Shown piece by piece: positions 52,650 through 64,000 of a DNA stretch of 64,000 nt. Location of the stretch: assembly GCA_964016885.1 (NCBI GenBank), contig OZ024740.1, positions 304,172,001-304,236,000 on the forward strand. Reading direction: 5' to 3'. This DNA comes from Eledone cirrhosa (Eukaryota). Both the position numbers and the translations under genes were made by a program. Below the pieces are notes generated by a model. That model had not been told where the DNA came from and made no database searches. It saw nothing but the letters and a program-made list of their open reading frames with translations. Position 1 is the first letter of the stretch. Every line of letters begins with the position of its first letter.

Positions 52650-53654
52650 TATATATATATCCTTGGATTTAAGTGACAAATGCTTATGCAATATCTTTGC
52701 CACTATCTCAGTCGACATAGAAAAAGCAGGTTGCCATCTGGCATGGTAGGTCCAGAAGTAGGTTTTTATCCTTGTCAGCAATTTTTCTAAAGGTGAAATC
52801 TCAAGCAAAATTCAATACCTTTTTGTACACACATTTTGGTCTCCTTTCTTTTAATTGAAATAATTATGATTTTTTTTACTTTTAAATAATTTAAAGATGT
52901 TATTCACAGTTGTATAAATAACATTACAAATTGTTTATAATTCTTTTAGAATGAAAATATAAACACAATAAATACAATTAATTATTGCTAGGAACCTCAC
53001 AAATATAATGCACAAAAATATATGGTCAAAGTGAGAAAGAGAGAGATATTTCTAATTTAGGTACAAGGCCAACAATTTGTGTGTGTGTGGCAGAGAGGTG
53101 TGAAAGCCTATTACATTGACCTCTGGGAAGTGCTGGCCTATCTGAGCACTTGGTAAAGTACAGGAATTTTTGTAAGCCAGATGCTGGCTCCCAACCCATC
53201 TGAGGCGTCTGTAGCCCCACTTCAGAACCAGCCTGATCTGATGACAACCCAGCCAACGCATGCTAGTTGATGATGATTTCTATGTCCATAAACAGCATTA
53301 TTTTCGAAGCATTCCTAGCTGGTTTGGAGTCTTTTTTTTTTTTTGTACCAACCTTGTTCACCCACTTATTCCTAAGAGGGTCATGGGGGCAGAGTGCTCA
53401 AACACTTCTTCCAGCAGGTCCTGTCAGAAGCAACCATCTCCAACTGATCCGGCTGGATCTGCAAGTGAGACCAGCTAAGCTCATGGATGTTATCTAACCA
53501 GGGTCTACTCCTGGGTCTCCTGCCAGTTGGTTTTGCCCATAAAATCTGTCCAGCAGTTCTTTCCTGAGACATTCTAACCACATGCCCAATTAAGATTGGT
53601 AGGTTTGTTTGGAAGGAGCAAACCTGTACCAATCTATACTTTCCTACATTTCAG

Positions 53655-53771
53655 ATGGCACTAAGTGCAGCTGCTCCAATTTATCGTGGTTTTCTAGCTG
53701 ACACAGACTGCCGTTGGAGTGTCATTGTTCAATCAGTTGATGACCGCACCAGAGAAGAACGTGGCTTAGAA
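53655..53771 (+). CDS. GCLC: GCLC exon ([39 protein letters not shown])
   Basis: tttcag|...gaa|gtaagt; [11 protein letters not shown] motif. Confidence 0.97.
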
Positions 53772-54208
53772 GTAAGTTTATTTTATCCAGTTGAGTTACT
53801 CAATGGCTTTCTTAGCAGGAAACATTTCTTGAATGAAATAAATATATTGATAATAATCAGTGTTATAGCTGTTGAATAATTTTTTTTTGTTTAACTTTTC
53901 CTAAATAGATATATGTAGATAATGTTCCACATTGTTTAGTAGACTCTAAATTTGGGGAAAATATGCGAGATCACCGGCCCAATAGTTGATATTTAAATTA
54001 GATCATATTGATAATTTAGCAACGTATGTTGTTCCTTAACCCGTTTGTTGTTAAACACATATGCAGATCCTAATTAGAGGAAACATGAGTAGGAGGGAAA
54101 TTTGGGTTCGCGTGAAAATTGTGTCTCTGTGTTAGGTTAGTTATCTGATTGTTAACACTTTTGTTTTTCTAATCTTCTGTTTCTCAAACATAAAATGTTT
54201 TCTTTCAG

Positions 54209-54347
54209 CCTTTAAAAAATGATCGCTTTTTGATTAATAAATCTCGCTACGACTCCATCGACAGCTACTTGTCTGATGAAGGTCGTTGCTACAATGATTT
54301 ACAACTGGTCTATGACAAGGAAATTTATGATGAGTTAATGACTGAAG
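54209..54347 (+). CDS. GCLC: GCLC exon (PLKNDRFLINKSRYDSIDSYLS...IYDELMTE)
   Basis: ctttcag|...gaag|gtatga; KSRYDSIDSYLS motif. Confidence 0.96.
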
Positions 54348-55985
54348 GTATGACTTTTGTAGTATTTCAAATATAATAATCAAAAGAATTTATCAAACCC
54401 CCTGTGCACCCCACCCCAGCCATGCTCCACTATCACTCCATAGCTATTCTCTCCATTACTCCCCCCCCCCCCCCCCCCCCCAATTCTTGACCCACATGTA
54501 ATTTCTTGTAATTTCTTGAAAATTTTCTGATCTTTCCAAACATCTTCTTGCATGATAGAATGGATAATATGTATTGCAGCACTGTAGCTATTGTGATCCC
54601 ATCATTATTGTATGTGGAGGCATATGGCCTTGTGGTAAGGGTGTTGCACTTACAATCATTCCTGGACTGCCTTGTGTGTTGTGTTCTTGAACAAAACACT
54701 TCATTTCACGTTGCTCAACTGAAAATAAGTACCAGCAATAGCTGGGGGTTTAACCCTGTGATGGACTGGCATCCTGTCTAAGCGGAGAGTCTTGTACTCT
54801 CAGTCGATTCACGTCATGAAACTGGGATCAGCACCTGCCTGACAAGCCTCCAGGCTTGAGACAGACTTCAGACTTTTGACTTAGACATTATTGTGGCGTA
54901 ATTGTTGTGCTACCAATAAAAGTCAGTGGAATGTATTTTATAATATTTAGTCAGAGGTAAATTTTAGAGTATTTTTTAATGTGTTTCTCTTGTGATGTAC
55001 TTCTTCAACAGGATGTATGTATGGACCCATAACCCCTGAGGGAGTTGATGGGGTGCCATATTAATATATGACATTTCTTGGGTATTTTTAAACCTGGCAG
55101 AGCCCATCCCCTATCCAGGTTGAATACAGCAGGTTTCTTTCAGAGAAATATAGACAGTGAGAGAATGGAAGAGAGGAAGAATTGACTCCATTACAAGACT
55201 GGTACTTTTTTTTATTGGCTTCGAAGGATGAAAGGCAAAGTTAACTATGGTGGGATTTGAACTCAGAGAGCTGAAGTGAATACTAAAATGTATGAATCTG
55301 ACATTTTAATGACTCTGTCAATCTGCCGCCTTTTCAATAGATGCCCACTCAAAACCAATCACAAAATTCAATATCAAACTTTTAATTGATAATTGCTTTT
55401 CAGTTATTGGTTGTATGTTTTGTTATTGTTGATATGAGTAGCTATGTAGGGCAGTTGACTGGCAGGATCATTAGAATGCTGATAAGATACCTTGTAGTAT
55501 TTATTCTAGCGGGACCATTAGAGTGCCAGATAAGATACCTTATAGTATTTGTTCGGGCGGGATCATTAGCGGGCTTGATAAGATACCTTGTAGTATTTGT
55601 TTCAGCTCTTTATGTTCTGGGTTTAAATCTAACTGTGTCTTATGTGGGTGGCAAAATTAATCAGATGTCTTGTTCAATGCCACCTCCTGGTCCTTGGATA
55701 CCGTTAGCAGAATCTATTCTGTTGTATGTATTTGAGCTGTCTCTCGTTTGCGGATACCTTTTTCCCACCAGCCTTGTGGCTCCCTGAAAAGAGTCAATAG
55801 CACCGCCATAACCTCCTAACTTAACTGATAAAACAAAAAACAAAACAAAAATACCATACTGTAGGTAGATATTACTATAATACCACTTTTCTATAATAAA
55901 ACAAATCTTTCATCAGTTTAGTAGCTAATACATTTATGAGTAGCTCAATGAAGGGGCCAACACTAAATGATGCTTTCTTTGACAG

Positions 55986-56098
55986 GTATTGATGACTTGC
56001 TCTCCAAACATATTGCCCATCTCTTCATTCGAGATCCCATCTCTTTATTTGAAGAAAAGATTAACCAGAATGACAGTGCTGATACAGACCATTTTGAA
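55986..56098 (+). CDS. GCLC: GCLC exon ([38 protein letters not shown])
   Basis: tgacag|...gaa|gtaagt; HLFIRDP and DHFE motifs. Confidence 0.96.
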
Positions 56099-56210
56099 GT
56101 AAGTTTCAACTATCCTACCTCTAAAAATAACTCTTTTCTATGGTTTAAATATATTTTTTTATTTACTCACCCTTTATCTTTTTACATAACATACATATTT
56201 TCTTTTGTAG

Positions 56211-56303
56211 AATATCCAATCAACAAATTGGCAGTCATTAAGGTTTAAACCTCCTCCACCAGACTCCAACATTGGATGGAGAGTTGAGTTCCGACCAATG
56301 GAG
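56211..56303 (+). CDS. GCLC: GCLC exon ([31 protein letters not shown])
   Basis: ttgtag|...gag|gtaagt; NIQSTNWQ and [10 protein letters not shown] motifs. Confidence 0.97.
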
Positions 56304-57036
56304 GTAAGTTAGAATCTCTCTTTACTATCAGTGAACTAATTTAGACATCTTTCAATACTAATATTTAAGGATAGAAATTTGGCACATAGCTGAATAATTA
56401 GTCATATTCTTTGACTGTTTAAAAGATGGAAGCTTCATAGCTTAGTAAAGAGAATATAAGAGGTTATACATTCCTGCAGTGTACAGGAGAGACGACTGCA
56501 TTGGTACAGACATGTGATGTGATCGTTGGGTGAAGGAGTGCCAGGAAATTCCAGTGGAAGGAAGCTGCAATTGAGGTAGACCAAAAAAAACTAGGGCAGA
56601 AGTGGTGAGAACTGACCTCAAATCACTGAGATTCACAGAGGAGAGGATGAAGAAATGCAGCAAGTGGAGAGATGCCATGCTGAGAAGGACCTGTCCAACC
56701 CATGCAAGTGTGGAAAAACGGGTGGAAAAACGATGATGATGAGTGAATAATTTGAAAATTAGCGTTTGTTTGTTTGAAAGAAGTAGAAGTGCAGTGTTAA
56801 TGTATCACTTATGATGTTTTGGCATTCATGAATACAATATTGTACTTTTGTCATTACCACCATTGTTATTCATTTGTCTCTGTCATTGATGACGTTATGT
56901 CATTACCATCATTGTTATTGAGATGTATCTGTTATTGATGATGTTATTCAGATGTATCTGTCATTGATAACGTTATTTACATATATATATATACTTGATA
57001 TTCATGACATTATTCATCTGTCTGGTTTCTTTACAG

Positions 57037-57141
57037 GTTCAGTTATCTGACTTTGAAAACGCAGCTTATGTTGTATTTATTGTTCTTGTTACGCGAGCTA
57101 TTTTAACTTTCAAGCTGAACTTCTTAATTCCCATGTCAAAG
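57037..57141 (+). CDS. GCLC: GCLC exon (VQLSDFENAAYVVFIVLVTRAILTFKLNFLIPMSK)
   Basis: ttacag|...aag|gtaagc; VQLxDFENxAY motif. Confidence 0.96.
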
Positions 57142-57147
57142 GTAAGC

Positions 57148-57207
<60 letters not shown>

Positions 57208-57210
<3 letters not shown>

Positions 57211-58230
57211 GCAAATGCTTATCCTCCGCAGTTGCTGCCCATGTCTCACTACCATGCAGCATTGCACATCTCACATAGGCATCGTACAACCGACCTCTCA
57301 TTCATAGGGAGAAACTCTTTGTTGTCAACAGAAGAAGCAGCTCCCTAAACTTCTTCCATCCTCTCCTTATTCTAGATACTATGGCCTCGGAGCATCCCCC
57401 TTCCTTGCTATCTGATCACCTAGATATTGGAAGCTATCAACCCCCTTATAGATCCCTACCTGCATTTGAAAAGTGTGTCTATCACTGACACTTCTACTAT
57501 CAATTTTCCCTAAACATCTGCATATGTAGTTTTCTCCTGCCTATTAGTTTGCCTGCTATCCCACTACATCTCTTGTGTACCCAAGATCTGCATTGTGTAC
57601 ATTCTATAGAGTTTATGCCAACTCCTTTTCTATATATCGAGGATGGCCATTTCTCAGATGGAATCAGAGTCTTGTGCTCTTTCCTACTTATCAACACTTT
57701 AGTCTTTGCAAGGTTCACTCTCAGTCTTCTTGATTCCAACTGCTGTTTCCATAGCCAGAATTTATTCTCTAACTCCTCTACTGATTCTGCTATAAGAACC
57801 AGATCATCAGCATAGAAAAGTTCCCATGGGCATCCAGTCTTAAACTCCTCTATTATGGCTTCGAGAACTATAATGAATAAGAGTGGGCTGAGATGAACTC
57901 CTACTTGTATCTGGAATTCCTCACTAAACTCCATTCCTACTCTCACTTTACTGACAGCTCCTCTGTACATAGCTTCCACTGATCTCACAAGCCATTGCTC
58001 TACACCTAGTTTCCTTAGGGACCACCAGATGACAGATTGGGATACTCTATCAAAGGCCTTCTCTAGGTCAACAAAATCTAAATATAGTGGCTTATTCTTC
58101 TCTAAGAACCTCTCTTGTAGTTGTTTCACTAAGAAGAGGGCATCTGTTGTACTTTTCCCAGGCACAAAACCAAACTGCATATTATCTAATTTGACGCTTT
58201 CTCTAATAGTTGTGCTAGCACTCTTTCTGT
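57208..58230 (-). mobile_element. Older degraded RTE RT fragment
   Basis: ORF 57500-58180 QFGFVPGK...DLEKAFDRV...FYADD. Confidence 0.88.
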
Positions 58231-58238
58231 CACAAATA

Positions 58239-60950
58239 TCATCATCATCATCATTTAACGTCCATCTTCCACGCTTGCATGGGTTTGGACGGGAATTTTC
58301 CCACTTGAGGCAAGATTGGTTGACTTGCTCGTATAGGACTGTCTGGCAGGTTTTCTACGGCTGGATGCCCTTCCTAACACTAACCACGTTTACAGTGTGG
58401 ACTGGGAGGTTTTTACCGTGTTACCTACACGGCCACATTACAGCGTGGACCGTGTTTTTTTTGTCGTGACACCTACACGACCTCATTTGTTTCGGCCTGG
58501 ATGTGGTACCAACATAACTTTACATTGAAAGGGGTGGTGTGGATGGGGTGGGGGTAGTGGGACGGGGGTATATTTTTGTTAGAGGTGCCTACTAACTGTA
58601 GGTTTCGCTTTGTACTTAGGCAAGGCGGGTCTTCTGTATTACTGTGTAGTGCCAAAGATCTCGGTCCAGTGACATTGTCTTGGAGAAGTGTAAGTGTGTG
58701 AGGTCGGAATTTATCAAGTCGTCCCACGTTTTTCTAGGTCTGCCTACTCCGTGGCTACCGTCTATTTTTATTGCCCTGCACTTTTTTATACAGCTGTCGT
58801 CTTTCATACGCATCACGTGACCGTACCAACGTAGTCTTCTCTCGAGTAAACAACATCTGATCCCTCTTATTCCTAATTTCTCCCTTAGTTCGTTTATGCT
58901 TTGCCGTTCACGTATATTACTATTACACATCCAGTGGAGCATGCAAGCTTCGTTCCTCTCCAGTCTGCGTATATCCTCTGCACACAATGCCCAAGTCTCA
59001 CTTCCATATAACATTGCTGTTCGTATGCAGGCATCATACAGCCTGCCTTTCATTTTTAGAGAGAACCCTTTAGTGGCTAATAGTGGTATAAGCTCTCTGA
59101 ACCTTTTCCATCCCGTTCTGACTCTAGCTACTGTACTTTCAGAGCACCCTCCACCACTGCTGATTTTGTCACCCAGGTAACGGAAGGTGTCCACTATTTC
59201 TATAGAACCATCTGTACAATGGAATGAGCTAGTATTCTGTGGGCACTTGCTGCTTCTTATTGCACCTGAGCATCGGCCACATATAAAATCTATATTATTA
59301 GTTAGCTTACCTGTGATCCCACTACATCTTTATGCACTCATACTTTGCATTTTGGACATAAAATGGAGTTTCTGCCTACTCCTTTCCTACACACTGAGCA
59401 TGGCCATTTCCCAGATGGGACCGGTGCCCTATTTTCCTTCCTACAAACTAGAACTTTAGTCTTAGACAGGTTAATTTTAAGGCCTTTTGATTCTAGGCCG
59501 TGCTTCCATGTTTGGAATTTCTTCTCTAGTTCAGCCATTGATTCAGCTATGAGCGTTAGATCATCTGCGTATAGGAGTTCCCATGGGCAGCCGGTCTTGA
59601 GTCCTCTGTTATAGCCTGAAGGGCAATAATAAATAGTAGGGGGCTAAGAACGGAGCCCTGATGAACACCAACTTTTACGCTAAACTCTTCACTATATTCG
59701 TTAATTCTAACCTTGCTGACTGTTTCTTTATACATGGCTTGTATAGCTCTCACCAGCCATTCATCAACACCTAGTTTTCTAAGAGCACACCAGATAATGG
59801 AGAGCGCGACTCTGTCAAAGGCTTTCTCCAAGTCAAGAAAAGCTAAGTATAGGGGTTTACTTTTGGCTAGGTACTTCTCCTGTAGTTGTCGTACAATGAA
59901 AAGAGCGTCTGTGGTACTTTTACCTGACACAAACCCGAACTGCATTTCATCTAGATCAATTCGCTCTCTGATTAGTTGCGCTATTACTTTTTGACTGGTC
60001 GATTAATTTAATGCCTCTATAGTTACCTCTATCTAGGGCATCTCCTTTACCCTTGTAGCAGTTAATGATGATGCTGCTACGCCAGTCCTTCGGAACAACC
60101 CCATTCTGTATGACTTGGTTTACTATCCGGGTGACCATAGTGTGTCCCACCGTTCCAGATGCTTTCAGCAACTATTTCCGAAGGCCTAGCCACCTTACAC
60201 ATCTTCATATCTTTGATTGCCTTACTTATTATACTACCTTCAACTTGCACTGCTGCTCCCTCTATTGGAATGATGTGGGGGAGACTGTCTTTCTCCCATT
60301 TATTCTCCTCATTTAGTAGCCTTTCGTAGTGACACGTCCAAGCTACCTTCTTATCAGCGTCAGTGATGGCAAGTACACCATCATCATTCAAGACACACTT
60401 CTCCCCAACAATATCACGGTTTTCCTTGACACATTGCCTAGCAATCCTGAACACTTCACGTTTTTGGTCCTCACGTTGTAGAACATGCTTGAACTTTCTT
60501 TCCTCTGCTTCCCTTCTTGCGAAGTACACTTGTCTCCTAGCTTCCCTCCTGGCCACTTGATAGTCTTCTCTACTTCCCCCCTCACGCCATACTTTTCAAG
60601 CCTGCTTTTTGGCCTTAATTGACTCCTCCACCTTACTGTTCCACCACCACATTACTCTCCTGCCTATAAGCCTGCTCCAGCCACAGACTTCATCTGCCGC
60701 CTTCAGCAGGTTAGCTTTCAGGAATTCCCACTGTTCCTCTATATTGTACGACTCTAATTGCTCTTCCTTACTGTCAAAAGCATCAAGTAATATGCTTTTA
60801 AATTTATTACTAGCTTCCATATTTTTCTCCTGAGGATAGTCCTCCTCTGTTGTCGAGTACGTCTTGTCCTGACTATGAGTCTATGTTGGGAGGTGCATTC
60901 TTCATGGGGGAGGGATTTAGTGTTTACAACAGACACTCTATCACGTCTTC
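58239..60950 (-). mobile_element. 5'-truncated RTE LINE, same subfamily as 17452-21505, frameshifted
   Basis: RT, PHD and C-terminal ORF pieces; (GAT)n tail at 58239. Confidence 0.93.
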
Positions 60951-60964
60951 AAATATATTCTATA

Positions 60965-61110
60965 TTATGACTAAGTGATGAATCTTGATACTCTGGAGTT
61001 TCACCTGTGTATTCACAGGATCACCAGACAAAACAGTCTTGTCTGATGATCTTGTAAGTACAAAGGTTAAACTCCAGGGTAAGAAGACTCATCACCTAAC
61101 TATAATAAAG
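60965..61110. repeat. Degenerate fold-back element with mutated hammerhead motifs on both strands
   Basis: Plus: cttgt-CTGATGA..TAAA-ctccaggg-TA-agaag; minus: ttgt-CTGGTGA..GAAA-ctccagag-TA-tcaag. Confidence 0.65.
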
Positions 61111-61255
61111 AATATTTAAACTCTACTTCGGTATTGAGTACATCCGTCAACATCACTTGGATATATAATATATATGTATGTATATTTTCATTTATTAAGG
61201 CTAAATAGTGAGTCTTGTTACTCTGGAGTTTCACCTGTTTATCACAGGGTCAACA

Positions 61256-61303
61256 CTTGTCTGATGACCCTGTTATAAACAGGTGAAACTCCAGAGTAAC
61301 AAG
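61256..61303 (+). ncRNA. Type I hammerhead ribozyme motif (predicted cut after 61298) within palindrome 61187-61330
   Basis: cttgt-CTGATGA-c cctgtt ata aacagg t-GAAA-ctc ca gag-TA^-acaag, followed by AATAAA. Confidence 0.75.
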
Positions 61304-61379
61304 ACTCACTATTTAGCCTTAATAAATGAATATTAAAACTCTACTTCAGTATTAAGTACTCTTTTCACTCTTGTGATAG

Positions 61380-61461
61380 GTCGATGAAAATATGGTAACT
61401 GCTCAACAGAAAGATGCCGCACGCTTGGGAAAATTCTATTTTAGGAAAGATATTATAACTG
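61380..61461 (+). CDS. GCLC: GCLC exon (VDENMVTAQQKDAARLGKFYFRKDIIT)
   Basis: gatag|...actg|gtttgt; VDENM..AQ..DA...FYFRKDI motif. Confidence 0.92.
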
Positions 61462-62131
61462 GTTTGTGATTTTATAAACATTTTCTTTTTGCTTACTTTA
61501 TTTATATATTTAATATACATACTTATGATATGAACAGAAACTTGGGCATATTTCTATCAAATTTGATATGAACTCCACAAATATAATCTGTTTTATCATT
61601 TTTATAATGATCTGATGTGGATGTAACATAGCCAAATGGTTAAGGAGTTTGCTTTGCTGTCATTAGATCCTAGGTTTGATCTCACTGCATGGCATATTGG
61701 GTAAATATCATTTACCACAACCTCCATTTGACATGTATTTTGTGAGTGAAATTGGGTGGAGGGAAACTGCTTGGAAGCCCGTCAGATGGACTGTACCTGT
61801 AATTCAAAGGGACAGCCGTGTCACACACTGTGTCATGCCGAATCTCCCTGAGAATTACGTTATGGGTATATGTGTTTGTGGAATACTCAGCCACTTACAC
61901 TATAATGCAGGATGGACTGTACCTGTAATTCAAAAGGCCAGGCTTGTCACACACTGTATCACACTGAATCGCCCTGAGAATTATGTTATGGGTACATAAG
62001 ACCAATGGACATTCATCAATGGTCTGATGTTCATACTGGATTTATTTTTCCTATCAGAATTAGGAATGCATATAAATTTCATATTGTATCTTGCATAGTA
62101 ACACATTAGTAAGGTCTATTTTATGTTTGGT

Positions 62132-62325
62132 TGCGGTGAATTGGCAGTATCAGTAGAGGTTCGGACACCATGCTTTGAAGCATAGAGTTACCTCCCTTTA
62201 TGATCTGAGTTCAAATCCCGCTGAGGTTAACTTTGCCTTTCATCCTTACGGGGTCAATAAAATAAAGTACCAGTAATGCATTGGTTAATTGCTGGCCTTG
62301 TGCCAAAAAGTAGAAACAATTAATT
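62132..62325 (+). mobile_element. tRNA-derived SINE (family abundant in the window, e.g. 14690-14870 and 22855-23010)
   Basis: tgagttcaaatcccgctgaggttaactttgcctttcatcc...aaataaagtaccagt. Confidence 0.75.
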
Positions 62326-62377
62326 TAAGAAAACTCTTTTAAATGTTATTTAATAGCTGTGATCCTTTTTTTAACAG

Positions 62378-62475
62378 TAAACTCACCACCCGAAGCAGCA
62401 GAATGTGCTGGTTGTTGTGAACGGATCAATGAAAAATACACCCTGATGACAATAAATGAAATTATTAATGGCAAG
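62378..62475 (+). CDS. GCLC: GCLC exon (NSPPEAAECAGCCERINEKYTLMTINEIINGK)
   Basis: taacag|...aag|gtaaga; YTLMxIxxIINGK motif; phase 1 matches the previous exon. Confidence 0.92.
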
Positions 62476-62516
62476 GTAAGATTATAACTTTTACAACCTT
62501 TGAATAACCATTAACA

Positions 62517-62712
62517 TGGCAGTGGATTGGCAGTATCGGTAGAGGGTCGGACGCCATGCTTTGACGCATAGAGTTACGGCCCTTGCCATTCTGAGTTCAA
62601 ATCCCGCTGAGGTTAACTTTGCCTTTCATCCTTACGGGGTCGATAAAATAAAGTACCAGTAATGCACTGGGTATTTGCTGGCCTTGTGCCAAAAAGTAGA
62701 AACAATTATTTC
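62517..62712 (+). mobile_element. tRNA-derived SINE, close match to 62132-62325
   Basis: Same head, core and shortened tail. Confidence 0.75.
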
Positions 62713-63598
62713 AATAAACATAAGTTCAATTGTTAAGTTATTTTATCACAACAGCTCAGGAATTTTAGGTCAGCTCAAAAATCAGAATGACCTGTCACAG
62801 CAAGATTGGCTGGGGATAATCAAGTTATATGCTACTATGTACTTTTGTACTTGTGGCTGTGTTCACCTGGGGTGGGTTGAGCCAGCTCCATCAAAGGAAT
62901 TCACGGTGTAAATTCATTTCAATGATGTTTCTTCAGGCGATTGGTTTCACAAGTGGTGCCCAGCCGTAAGTATATGCGCTTTAGGATAGTGTAATCCAAG
63001 TATTTTGTCGTGACTCTTACAGTGTGGACTGGGTGCTTTTTGTCATGACACCTACACAACCATTTTACAATGTGTACTGGGTGCTTTTTGTTGTGACACC
63101 TACACGACTGCTTTACGGTGTGGACTGAGTGCTTTTTGTTGTGACACTTGATTATTAGTATGGAAAGTTTATAAAGTTGTGTATATATCTCCTCTCCTGA
63201 AATTTTAGAGTATGAGTGAGGAAAACCAGCTAACAAGAGAGCGTGACAACGAATCAAATAACATGAAGACATGCATACATAATACATAGAGTGAGTGAAA
63301 GTGAGGTGAGAACTGAACCCGTATCCTTCACCTCTAGCTAACTTTCCCTCTGCCTACCGGCCAACAGGATGGAGAACACATTGCCCTGGAGGACGGTGAG
63401 GGAGATGCAGCCAACTGTGCTCTGATAGCAGTGAGTAGGGATGTGATCCTGGAAGTCTTCACTGCTACAGGCTCTACCACAAACTTATCAGAGAGCATGA
63501 CAATTAATAAAATAACCGGCAAAGAGAAGAAAACAATTTTATGATATATTATGGTTAAAATGTCATTTTGATGTTAGTGGTATATTAAACAAATTTAA

Positions 63599-63809
63599 CC
63601 CTTTAGCATTCACATTACTCTATATTTATTATTGTATTTTCACTGTAAACATTTTATCCCACATAATATCGAATCTGTGAAATTTTGATATTATTTATTT
63701 TGAGAACAATATCTTAACATAAGTAGTATAAGCAGCCAGTTAAGACCGGTTTGAACAGAGAGAGGTGAGAGAATTCTGGCCGTATATGGCAGGTTTAAAT
63801 GCTAAAGGG
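63599..63809. mobile_element. TTAA-flanked piggyBac-type MITE, same family as 23238-23453, opposite orientation
   Basis: TTAA|CCCTTTAGCATT ... AATGCTAAAGGG|TTAA. Confidence 0.85.
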
Positions 63810-64000
63810 TTAAGAAAAATATTGTAAGAGAAAGAAATAGTTTTAGTCTATTGTTGGCATGTTAGTTTAAAATAAACTCTCAATTGAAATTTTATTAATA
63901 TATAAATGATAATACTAGATTTCTATAGGTAACCATTGGTATTTTGTTAATATGTTCTGATAAATAAATTTTCTCCCCCAAGTTTATCATTCTTCAAAAG

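Noticed and set aside
62900-62942. Minus-strand CTGAAGA..GAAA..TA motif
   Set aside because: Stem II is only 2 bp and stems I and III do not pair

Overview
Eukaryotic, AT-rich, microsatellite- and retroelement-dense animal DNA. The RTE LINE/SINE repertoire with (GAT)n tails suggests a coleoid cephalopod, probably an octopod (inference). The backbone is a + strand glutamate-cysteine ligase catalytic subunit gene (GCLC). Twelve phase-consistent GT-AG exons lie between 14505 and 62475; its first and last exons were not found in the window. The 21 kb intron 32579-53654 holds a complete nested antisense gene for a secreted collagen + C1q-domain protein (~423 aa, two coding exons, candidate TATA promoter and non-coding first exon). 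Transposons include a nearly intact Ty3/Gypsy LTR element with a -1 frameshift signal, many RTE LINEs carrying a PHD finger, CR1/L2-like and CRE-like fragments, a non-autonomous Helitron, TTAA- and TA-flanked MITEs, tRNA-SINEs and minisatellites. The most striking unannotated structure is a set of five short fold-back elements from four sequence families (37181-37400, 37586-38032, 52083-52400, 60965-61110, 61187-61330). Each carries a minimal type I hammerhead ribozyme motif followed by a polyA-type signal, and the largest has ribozymes on both strands. They resemble Penelope-like pLTR/retrozyme derivatives and sit inside the GCLC pre-mRNA. Coordinates were read by eye; TE boundaries are approximate.
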